Below, in pieces: positions 1 to 8,929 of a stretch of DNA of 18,854 nucleotides. This DNA is from Octopus sinensis (Eukaryota). Made by a program: the position numbers and the translations under genes. How positions within the stretch are numbered: the stretch's first letter is position 1; every line of letters begins with the position of its first letter. The stretch is from contig NW_021824408.1 of NCBI RefSeq assembly GCF_006345805.1, positions 1 through 18,854 of the forward strand, in the 5' to 3' direction. The notes under the pieces are model-generated. The model saw only the letters and a program-made list of their open reading frames with translations. It was not told the origin of the DNA and ran no database searches.

Positions 1-42
1 AAGATACAGACATACGTAAACTCATGTGTGTGACAATGCGTG

Positions 43-51
43 TATATATAC

Positions 52-100
<49 letters not shown>

Positions 101-476
101 TAACATATCTGTATATCTTATATACATAAACATACGAACACACACTCTCACAAGTACAGTTTGTAGTGTGTGTATGAATTGAGAATAAATTCAGAAACGG
201 TGTGTTTCATAAACATACAGTCAATTTCTTAGCGTTTGTTTACACAGTTAAGCCGAATTTATATTTATTAAACATGCCTATGACAACTTCTTCGCAGTAC
301 CTCTTCTCTCTATATACATACATACATACAATACTACATACATACATACATACATACAACATACATACATACATACATTCATATATATATATACATATAT
401 GTGTGTGTCTCTTTCTCTATCTCTCCTCTCTCCTCCTCTATATATATATATATATATATGTTATATGTAGTGTTAT

Positions 477-519
<43 letters not shown>

Positions 520-699
520 CATACATCATATATACATATAATATATATAGAGGAGAGAGATAGATATATGTATGTATGTGTCTATATCTATATAGATACA
601 CATACATATATACATATATATATACACATACATACATATATACATATATATATATAACACATACATACATATATACATAACTATATAATATATATATAG

Positions 700-737
<38 letters not shown>

Positions 738-870
738 GAAAGAAAGAGACACACACACATATATATATACATACATATAGCTACATGTACATTAACACAT
801 ATACAGTCATATATAAATTCATACATATATATATATACGTTCATACACACACTTACATACATACATTATA
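43..870. repeat. Compound (TA)n/(CATA)n/(GA)n microsatellite block
   Basis: Directly visible dinucleotide and tetranucleotide runs. The Y/I/H/T-rich ORFs 202..657, 473..862 and 526..756 are translations of these repeats. Confidence 0.95.
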
Positions 871-1175
871 TAGTAATGTTTGTTTATGAATGAACATATT
901 CAAGCGTCGACATTGTATATACACCTATACACTATCTTATACGAGTTCTTTGCACGTCTATATGTGTGTGATAAATATACCAGTACGTGTGTTTAATTCC
1001 ATGTGTTTGTATAGATGTGAATCTATGTCGGTGGCGATGCATATTATGCCAGTATACGAAAGAAAGTTTATACATATCAAATATTATATCACACTGCTTG
1101 TTTTGTTAAAGACCGGCACACTTCTGCCAGTGTATTTTGGACGCTAATTTTCGTTCAAATATATCTTGTATCCGT

Positions 1176-1474
1176 GGAGGCACATGGCCTAGTGGTTAGA
1201 GCAGCGATTCGTGGTCGAGGGATCGCGGGTTGGAATATCAGATCGGGCGATGTGTGCGTTTATGAGCGAAACACCTAGGCTCCACGCGGCTCCGGCTGAA
1301 GGTAATGGCGAACTTCTACTGACTCTTTCGACACAACAAACTCTCACTCTTTCCTCCTGCATCTTGCAGCTCACCTGCGACGGACCGGCGTCCCGTTCAG
1401 GCGGGGAACCTATACGCCAAGGAAACCGGGAAACCGGTCCTTTTGAGCCAGGCAGGGCTCGAAAAGGAACGAAC
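1176..1474 (+). mobile_element. tRNA(Arg-like)-derived SINE (octopus OR1/OR2-type head) with V-domain-like 3' part
   Basis: Pol III A-box TGGCCTAGTGG at 1185-1195 and a decayed B-box. The first ~140 bp align with the copy at 6261. CCTGCGACGGACCGGCGTCCCGTTCAGG (1374-1401) resembles the V-SINE central domain as I recall it. Possible TSD TATCTTGTATC (1162-1172) / TATCTTTTATC (1476-1486). Family names are from memory. Confidence 0.8.
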
Positions 1475-1671
1475 GTATCTTTTATCTGTTTCAGTCGTAG
1501 CACTGCGGCCATGATGGGACACCGCCCGGAAAGGTTTAGTCAAATAAATCGATGCCAGAAGTTATTCTTTTAGTCTATATTATCGAACCGCTAAGTTATG
1601 TGGAAGGAAACAAATCAACATCGATTGCCAACCGACACACACACACAAATATGTATGTATGCATGTATCTG

Positions 1672-1710
<39 letters not shown>
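1475..1710 (-). mobile_element. 3' half of a microsatellite-containing octopus SINE (head at 2113-2266)
   Basis: TGTTTCAGTC..ACTGCGGCCATG and CGAACCGCTAAGTTA match the second copy at 17990-18130 (TGTTTCAGCC..ACTGCAGCCATG; CGAACCTCTAAGTTA). Followed by the internal (CA)/(TATG)/(TATC)n tract at 1634-1710. Confidence 0.7.
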
Positions 1711-2103
1711 GACGAAACCACCTTGACTATGATTCTATGAACCGTAAAAATTAATACAGAGAGTTGCTTATTTGCAAAAGAAAAAAAAAAGAAATATAAC
1801 ATGTGACTTCATTGACCGAGGTTACCGTGGTCTTTTCCGTAGGCTTTTCTTTCCACGGGTAAACCTCACCTGTCCTCCCCTTTGCACTTCATATTGACAT
1901 TTCTGTGATAACGATCCCTATTGATCTCATTTTTTTTTCTCCTTCCCCCCACCCTTTTTTTAATATTATATCCCCCCCTTATTTTGTCCTCCTTCTTTCC
2001 ATTTACGATCCCTTTTGATCGAAAACCAAACCCCTTTCTTTTACACCCAAAAGAAAAGCTCTACCTTGTAATTTTGTCCTATCTGTGTGGCTAATAAAGA
2101 AAC
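1711..2103 (+). mobile_element. Unclassified retroelement-like insertion ending in GCTAATAAAGAAAC (longest copy of the 'AATAAAGAAA-tail' family)
   Basis: Lies between two TATCTATCT tracts and separates the two halves of a SINE. Its 3' end is similar to 2540-2633 and 7754-7855. It has an internal direct repeat ACGATCCCT(A/T)TTGATC near 1912 and 2005. The 5' boundary is inferred. Confidence 0.5.
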
Positions 2104-2336
2104 ATATCTATCTCATGACGGACTTTCACAGAGTTTCCATCACACAAAAGGCAGTGGTTGGCCAGAATTATTGTAAAAAACACTTGCCTATGTCATCACG
2201 CAGAGGGACTGAACTTGAAACGACGTTTTAGCAAAGCGAGCTTCTTAACCACACAGCCACTGCCAACACACTTTTCTTTTGGGTGTAAAAGAAAGGGGTT
2301 TGGTTTTCGATCAAAAGGGATCGTAAATGGAAAGAA
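1993..2336. repeat. Perfect 66-bp inverted repeat (1993-2058 / 2271-2336), 212-bp spacer
   Basis: Base-by-base, the reverse complement of 1993-2058 equals 2271-2336 (CTTTTCTTTTGGGTGTAAAAG...CGTAAATGGAAAGAA). Confidence 0.97.
2113..2266 (-). mobile_element. 5' half (tRNA-like head plus CORE-like segment) of an octopus SINE
   Basis: The minus strand has A-box TGGCTGTGTGG, B-box GTTCAGTCC, then GGCAAGTGT (CORE-like) and GGAAACT...CCGTC running into the microsatellite. Homologous to 18200-18326. Confidence 0.75.
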
Positions 2337-2403
2337 TTGTTTCTGTTTTCAGATTCCACATTCTAGTTACCTCTATTTCCAGGTCTTTGTATTTTGAGAG
2401 TTT
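2337..2403 (-). mobile_element. 67-bp fragment of an RLE non-LTR retrotransposon (R4/Dong-like) endonuclease domain
   Basis: Translates to KLSKYKDLEIEVTRMWNLKTETI, matching the K..KY.DL..E..RMW.....IPI(I/V)VGALG segment of PD-(D/E)xK restriction-like endonucleases of RLE LINEs. Its 5' end abuts an (AAT)n array. Confidence 0.8.
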
Positions 2404-2539
2404 ATTATTATTATTATTATTACTATTATTATTATTATTATTACTATCATTATTATTACTATTACTATTACTATTATTATTATTATTATTATTATTATTA
2501 TCATTATTATTATCATTATTATTATTATTATTATTATTA
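2404..2539. repeat. (ATT)n microsatellite with ACT/ATC variants
   Basis: Directly visible. Source of the poly-L/I/N ORFs. Confidence 0.97.
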
Positions 2540-2633
2540 CTTCCCTTGATCGCTCTAAACCCTCCACCAGTTTTGTGTTGTACCTTGTCTTTTGATTTTG
2601 TCTTCCACGGGACCTTGTGACCAATAAAAGAAA
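2540..2633 (+). mobile_element. Short 'AATAAAGAAA-tail' repeat copy
   Basis: TTCCCTTGATCG..TAAACCC..TACCTTGT..CCTTGTGACCAATAAAAGAAA followed by (ATC)n. Alignable to the reverse complement of 7754-7855 and to 2005-2103. Confidence 0.65.
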
Positions 2634-2933
2634 TCATCATCATCATCAACATCAATACCACCACCACCACCACCACCACCACCACCATCATTCAAGGCTG
2701 TTCGTCTTGTGAACAAAACAATTTTATGTTACCTTTCATAATATTCTCCGTTTCCTGTACGGTTTTTGTCTTCTTTTTACAACTTTCTCCCAGTGTCTTT
2801 TATTTGATTATCTATTCAATCATGTTTGTTTGTTTGTTTGTTTCTTTATTTATTTATTCATGTGTTCTGTAGATTCGCCTTTTCCTGTGAATCATTCTTT
2901 ACGTACTTACCACAAGTACTGCCCCCCGCGACT

Positions 2934-2945
2934 ACCATTATCATC

Positions 2946-3022
<77 letters not shown>

Positions 3023-3145
3023 ACCACCACCACAATACCACACTACCACCACCACCACCACCACCACCTACTACCACCACCACCACCACCCCCATACCCC
3101 ACCACCACTACCACCACCACTACCACCACCACCACCACTACCACC

Positions 3146-3179
<34 letters not shown>

Positions 3180-3289
3180 TACACCACCACCACAACCACC
3201 ACCACCACCACCACCACCACCACCACCACCACCACTACTACTACTACTACCACCACCACCACCACAACCAACCCACCACCACTACTACC

Positions 3290-3357
<68 letters not shown>
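2934..3357. repeat. Interleaved (ACT)n/(ACC)n compound microsatellite
   Basis: About 420 bp essentially without G on the + strand. Poly-T/P/H/L/Y ORFs in all frames are artefacts. Confidence 0.97.
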
Positions 3358-3659
3358 CCCGCCTCGAGCCTTTCTTTCATCCCGCATCTTAATATTTTTC
3401 GGTGTTTTTAATATTTCATTTTTCTGTTTCGTTTGTGGTTTCGTGAAGATTAACATCATCATCATCATCATCATCATCGTTGACATCACCATGAACAACA
3501 ACAACAACAATAGGAGCAAAGAACAATAACAACAATGCCATAAGCCAGAAACAACAACAACTATTACAAATACAACGTAAAAAAAAAAAAAATTTTCATC
3601 AGAGAACGTAGTTACCTGTCTTTTGTGTTCTTCAGATGTTGATAATGAAGTTATTGGTG

Positions 3660-4235
3660 TTAATGATGACGGAGGTGGAGGAGAGGATGATGATGATGAT
3701 GATGGTGGAGGTGATGGTGATGGTCACCGTCATCATTGTATTGGTGATGATGATGACGATGATGGTGATGATGATGACGATGATGATGATGATAATGGTG
3801 GAGGTGATGGCGATGGTCACCGTCATCATTGTATTGGTGATGATGATGACGATGATGGAGATGATGACGACGATGATGACGATGATGATGATAGTGTTGG
3901 TGGAGGTGATGACGATGATAGTGATGATGACGACGATGATGACGATGATGATGATGATGATAGTGTTGGTGGAGCCGATGGCGATGGTCACCGTCATCAT
4001 TGTATTGGTGATGATGACGACGATGATGACGATGATGACAATGATGATGATGATAGAGGTGGTGAGGATGATGACGTCGACGTCGACGACGACGACGATG
4101 ATGATGGTGGTGATAATATTGTTAAAGATGTTGATGTTTATTCGTACCGAAGTCAATGTAGCTTTTTGAAAGACTCTTGATATTGATGTTGTTGTTGTTG
4201 TTGTCATCGATAATTTCGTTGTTGTTGTTGTTGTT
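3660..4235. repeat. (GAT/GAC/GGT)n array containing three identical 35-bp higher-order units, ending in (GTT)n
   Basis: GATGGTCACCGTCATCATTGTATTGGTGATGATGA at 3719, 3812 and 3983. GATAGTGTTGGTGGAG occurs twice. Confidence 0.92.
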
Positions 4236-4564
4236 GTTTGTTATGTGCAGCAGTTGTCGGGTTTCGTTTGATAGAAGTCATAGAAAAGAACCCAAAACAA
4301 AAACACCTATTTATAAAAAAAAAAACACTCCACACAAAAATAAAATAAAAATATATATAAAATAGCTTTCCCATCAATAAAAGGAAGCAATAAAAAAAAA
4401 CCCCAAAAAACCCCAGTAAACTAACAAACATATAAAAGTAAATATAAAAATATTAAAAATTATGCCAACTAATCTAGTCTGGAATATTTCATCACCATTG
4501 GAATAACAACATATTGGTCTTGTGTATTAAGAATTTGTAGTTCTTCCTGTCTTTGTGTGGCGTA

Positions 4565-4605
4565 TGTATGTGTGCAACATGTGCAGGCATGTGTGTATGT
4601 GCGTA

Positions 4606-4660
<55 letters not shown>
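4565..4660. repeat. (GT)n microsatellite
   Basis: Directly visible. Confidence 0.95.
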
Positions 4661-4662
<2 letters not shown>

Positions 4663-5159
4663 TTCTCCTTGTCATTCGCAGACATCACATTTGCAAGTGT
4701 TAAAATGGCGACTCGTCGTCGTCAATATCGGGCATAGCTTACATACACTGGCTGTTCATCGTTTGTAAACATACAACGAAGCATCAGTAAAGCTATATTT
4801 TGGGGCTGGGGAGCGGGCTGCAGTTGTTTATGATTGCAATTATGTATGTATTATACTTATATATTCTACATATATATATATTGCTTGGTCATATTCCCCC
4901 AATGACGCACTCACACAGCTGTTGCTGAAGAATATTCAATTATATAGTAATTCTAAAGAATAATCTTACATAATATTATATGAATGTAAACTCACTAACT
5001 TAAAGCTGATGTCCAGTGCAGAAACTAATGTGATTTGCAATTAAAACCTGGTACTTTCCATCTTCGTGTTATATATATATATTAATAAATAAAATAAAAC
5101 ATATGCATATATATAAACATATGTGTACGTACCTACCTCTACATGTACATATACACGCA

Positions 5160-5525
5160 TATATGAGTACAGGATATCAAAAAGGACGTCGAACACAATG
5201 AGAAACGAAAACACAGACACAAACCAAAGGAACTGGACATTTATTAAAAACAGCAAAAAAATAGAATACAGGACAATTAACACAAGGAAAAACCCCTTCT
5301 TCAGTCGCTAAAGCTTTCATCTACTCTACGTTTCGAAGGATAAAAGCGAGACGTATCTTCGACAAGAAAACTTTCCTTCCTGCGAAAAGCAAATCAATTA
5401 AAATTCTGAGATCTTTTCGCAGAGGGGTAAAAAATAGTAACAACAGGACAGTAACGACAGTGCAAATTGTAAACAGTATAAGACAGGACAAGGAAAACAA
5501 GATAAGAAGGGCTTTTGACGCCGAA
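5160..5525 (-). mobile_element. Degenerate interspersed repeat, possibly Penelope-like terminal region
   Basis: Flanked by (TA)n on both sides. The minus strand carries TGTCGAAG...CTTCGAAACG and CTGAAGAAGGGG motifs typical of Penelope-like pLTRs. The resemblance to a common octopus repeat is from memory only. Confidence 0.3.
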
Positions 5526-5620
5526 ATATATATATATATATATATACACTCTCACATAAATATGTATGTATGTATATATGTATGTACATGTATCTATGTA
5601 TGTATAACGAAAATAAAGCT

Positions 5621-5815
5621 AGCTGGCAGAATCATTGGCACGCAGGGGAAAATGCTTAGCGGCATTTCGTTCTGAGTTTAGATTTCGCCGAGATCGACTT
5701 TGCCTTTCTTCATTTCGAGGACTATAAAATAAGAACCAATTAAGCACTGGGGTTAATATAACTGACATGACCCCTCTGCAGAAACTGCTGGCCTTGTGCC
5801 AAAATTTGAAACCAA
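5621..5815 (+). mobile_element. Degenerate Deu/Nin-domain tRNA-SINE
   Basis: AGCTGGCAGAATC...AATGCTTAGCGG...GATCGACTTTGCCTTTC...GCACTGGGG...GGCCTTGTGCC aligns with 9003-9170 and the reverse complement of 15988-16385. Confidence 0.8.
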
Positions 5816-5859
5816 TATAAATGAACTCTGGTTTACTGATCGAAAGTTTTAGTCAAAGC

Positions 5860-6135
5860 CTCAATACCATGCAAGCCTAACAAGCCAGATATAATGATTT
5901 GAGACGGAAAAAATTCATTGGCCCAACAGATGTCAATATAACGTTAAACGTTACTGAGAAAGAAAATATATATATGGAAATAACAAGAAATATACTGTTA
6001 GACAATTCAGAATAAAGCTGAACATATCTACCTATAATCACTGAAGCATTTAGCCACATAGGCAACTCCCTTAATATCAATTGTGAGAAGTTGCCGTTCA
6101 CAAAACCAGAAGGAACAGGCCTAACCAAGCTATCG
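5860..6135 (+). mobile_element. Fossil RLE LINE endonuclease domain (frameshifted, with stops)
   Basis: Manual translation gives CKPNKPDIMI* (NKPD at 5879-5890), then after a frameshift PTDVNITLNVTEKENIY...**TYLPIITEAFSHI...NINCEKLPF (from 5923). This matches the RLE motifs NKPDI, P.D.N, EK...Y and PI(I/V)(T/V)GALG in the correct order. Confidence 0.7.
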
Positions 6136-6157
6136 TAAGCATGACTAAATTACGTAA

Positions 6158-6214
6158 GACATTCGTATCTATAGATCTACGTATGCGACATTCGTATATA
6201 AGATCTACGTATGC
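6158..6214. repeat. Two-copy tandem duplication (29/28 bp)
   Basis: GACATTCGTATCTATAGATCTACGTATGC followed by GACATTCGTATATAAGATCTACGTATGC. Confidence 0.9.
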
Positions 6215-6260
6215 GATAACGCTCATGCATCCCATATATCCATCTGTATATAGACATATG

Positions 6261-6576
6261 GAGGCGCAATGGCCTAGTGGTTAGGGCAGCGGACTCGCGG
6301 TCGCAGGATCGCGGTTTCGATTCCCAGACCGGGCGTTGTGAGTGTTTATTGAGCGAAAGCGAAAACACCTAAAAGCTCCACGAGGCTCCGGCAGGGGGTG
6401 GTGATCCCTGCTGTACTCTTTCACTACTCTTTCTCCCACTCTTTCTTCTGTCGGCCTGCTCGCTTAGCCAGCGGGGTGGCGTCATTCGAAGGCTAAAAAA
6501 AAAAAACAATGCGAACGCATTGTGACCAGCGATGTGTAACTACATCTGATGGTCTGGTCGGTCACGTGATCACGTG
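6261..6576 (+). mobile_element. Full-length young tRNA(Arg-like)-derived SINE with (TCACGTGA)n tail and 13-bp TSD
   Basis: A-box TGGCCTAGTGG at 6270-6280, B-box GTTTCGATTCC at 6314-6324. Exact TSD ATATAGACATATG at 6248-6260 and 6577-6589. Confidence 0.93.
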
Positions 6577-6829
6577 ATATAGACATATGTACTGATACAC
6601 GTCCACATGAATTTATGCCAGCATACATGGCTACTACATTTTCACGTATGTAGGAACCAAGCTACTATGTTGATGCATCAATTCAAACGAAAGAGTTTGC
6701 TATTAGACTAAAAACTGGCTCTTTCTCAATCGGTGAGAAAAATTCGGAAAAAATAAAACCAAGCGAACTATATGTTTATATTCATACATCATCGTTTATA
6801 GTTATAGTAAATTTATACGTACATTCAAA

Positions 6830-7153
6830 CATACATACATACACACACAACTACGTGCATACAAACGTAAACACAGCAGACTTATACACACATGTGTATA
6901 TAAACATGTGCATGTGTGCATTTGTGTGTGTATATATGTTTATGTATGCACACATACATATATATGTATATATGCATATATGCATACACATATATACACA
7001 CTGATGCATATAAATATTCGAATACATGTAAGCATATATATATATACATATATATATATAATATATATGCATACATATATCATATATACGTACATATATG
7101 TGCATACTTACACGCTCATACACACAGAGACATATACCAAAATAACACACACG

Positions 7154-7205
<52 letters not shown>
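6830..7205. repeat. Compound (TA)/(CATA)/(CA)n microsatellite
   Basis: Directly visible. Confidence 0.95.
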
Positions 7206-7207
<2 letters not shown>

Positions 7208-7384
7208 TTTATGGGTATATTTAAAGGACCATTAAATTTCAGTGGCTTCTTATTTCAGATTAACCTTGTCAAACGTCATGTTGACGAATAAATAGTCTGC
7301 TCAATATGGCGTTTAATGTATAGCAGACATTTTTACTGCGCTGCTCGCTGCCTCCTTATGGACGATGTTTATATGAAGGGTGGT

Positions 7385-7480
7385 GGGGATAATGATGATG
7401 ATGATGTTGATGAGGGTTGTGGTGGTATTGGTGATGGCAATTATTATGATGATGAAGGTTATGAAGATGATATGAATTAT

Positions 7481-7525
<45 letters not shown>

Positions 7526-7753
7526 ATGATGGCGATGGTGAATGACTGTTTCTAATTGTTGCAATAAGGATTTATAGCTTAGACACAAATATTGAAGCTG
7601 CCACCGCCATCATTGCCGCCGCCACTACCACCATCGCTGCCGCCACCACCATCGCCGCCGCCGCCACTGCAACCACCATCACCAACACTACTACGATGAT
7701 GATGATAATAAAAACGATGAATTTGATGATGATGATGATAATAATGATGATGA
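7385..7753. repeat. Trinucleotide mosaic (GAT/GGT, then GCC/ACC, then GAT)
   Basis: Directly visible. Poly-H/M/A/G ORFs are artefacts. Confidence 0.9.
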
Positions 7754-7855
7754 TTTCTTTTATTGGCCACAAGGGCCCAAGATACTGAGAACTACATGAA
7801 AGTATAAGGTAGAACACAGAAAAAGGTGGGGTTTACATCGATCAAAAGAGAAAAC
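7754..7855 (-). mobile_element. Short 'AATAAAGAAA-tail' repeat copy
   Basis: The minus strand reads TTTTGATCG..TAAACCCC..TACCTT..CCCTTGTGGCCAATAAAAGAAATCATCATC, homologous to 2540-2640. Confidence 0.65.
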
Positions 7856-7878
7856 AATAAGGTTATAAACAAAGTTTC

Positions 7879-7929
7879 TAATAATAATAATAATAATAAT
7901 AACAATAAAATTAATAATAATGATAATGA

Positions 7930-7965
<36 letters not shown>

Positions 7966-8115
7966 AATATAATAATAATGATGATGATAGTAATATAATA
8001 TAATGATAATGATAATGATAATATAATAATAATAATAATAATAATAATGATGATGATAGTAATAAATAATAATAATAATATAATATATTATAATAATAAA
8101 ATGATAATAATGATA

Positions 8116-8154
<39 letters not shown>

Positions 8155-8200
8155 TGATAATATAATAATAATAATGATAATAAATAATAGTAATATAATA

Positions 8201-8239
<39 letters not shown>

Positions 8240-8248
8240 TAATAATAT
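7879..8248. repeat. (AAT)n/(GAT) microsatellite array
   Basis: Directly visible. Confidence 0.97.
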
Positions 8249-8589
8249 CATAGCCATGTGTTGAGAAGGATTCTTTGGGGTTTGATAATTCATCTCTGGA
8301 AACATGGTGTTTTCGTTCAACGTCCTTAACCAACCCTTATTCAGGGACCTTTGAGCGGGATGGGTTACTCGATCTGAAGAAAATTCTAACTGGGCTCCAC
8401 CTGCAAGGTCATGTGCTGCTTATCTTGATATGAGATCACCATGTCGCGCACATATGGTGGTGATGCATGTGCCTGGTGTACTTATCAGACGGGTAGTCAT
8501 GATGGGTATACTGGGCTTCGTATATTTTACCCAGTGTCACTTTGATGGCATGCTCTGCTCGCTCACTCAATAATAGTAATAGTAATAAT

Positions 8590-8634
<45 letters not shown>
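8249..8634 (+). mobile_element. 5'-truncated 3' end of a probable RLE (R4/Dong-like) LINE with (AAT)n tail
   Basis: Begins with codons for SHVLRRILWG (HVLRRILW from 8255), resembling the terminal T.H(I/V)LR(R/K).L helix of RLE ORFs. About 290 bp of non-coding 3' UTR follow, ending CTCACTC+(AAT)n (8569-8634). Embedded in AAT repeats on both sides. Confidence 0.55.
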
Positions 8635-8635
<1 letters not shown>

Positions 8636-8886
8636 GTTGTGAAGGCGTGTGGTTTAGTGGTTATAGGTATTCGGTTCACGATCGTAAGGCCGTGAGTTCG
8701 ATTCCTGGTGGCGCGTTGTGTCCTTGAGCAAGACGCTTTATTTTACGTTGCTCCAGTCCACTCAACTGCCAATAATGAATTATACCCGTAATTCAAAGAG
8801 CCAACCTTGTCATATTCTGTGTCACGTTGAATCTCCCTGAGATCTACGTGAAAGGTACGCGTGTCTGCGGAGTGCTCAGCCATTTG
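8635..8886 (+). mobile_element. CORE-type tRNA-derived SINE (probably 3'-truncated)
   Basis: A-box TGGTTTAGTGG at 8650-8660, B-box GTTCGATTCC at 8696-8705, and CORE-like TCCTTGAGCAAGACGCTTTA at 8721-8740. Confidence 0.8.
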
Positions 8887-8929
8887 CATTCTACTTCGCG
8901 TTTTAACCTGACGCTCTAAGGACTCCAGC

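Noticed and set aside
1993-2336. MITE interpretation of the 66-bp inverted repeats
   Set aside because: No TSD outside the arms. The left arm is internal to a longer element that continues on both sides, and the spacer is made of other repeats.
3700-4030. CRISPR-like regularly recurring 35-bp repeat
   Set aside because: The spacers are GAT microsatellite of unequal length, the context is eukaryotic, and there are no cas genes.
4469-4560. Minus-strand EELQILNTQDQYVVIPM as a possible exon
   Set aside because: No polypyrimidine tract before the AG and no recognisable protein similarity.
6261-6335. tRNA-Arg-like sequence (also heads at 1176, 8640, 9003)
   Set aside because: No closed acceptor stem or Pol III terminator. 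Each continues into a SINE body, and two have TSDs.
7245-7291. Acceptor-like TTCTTATTTCAG followed by INLVKRHVDE*
   Set aside because: Too short, with no supporting upstream exon or homology.
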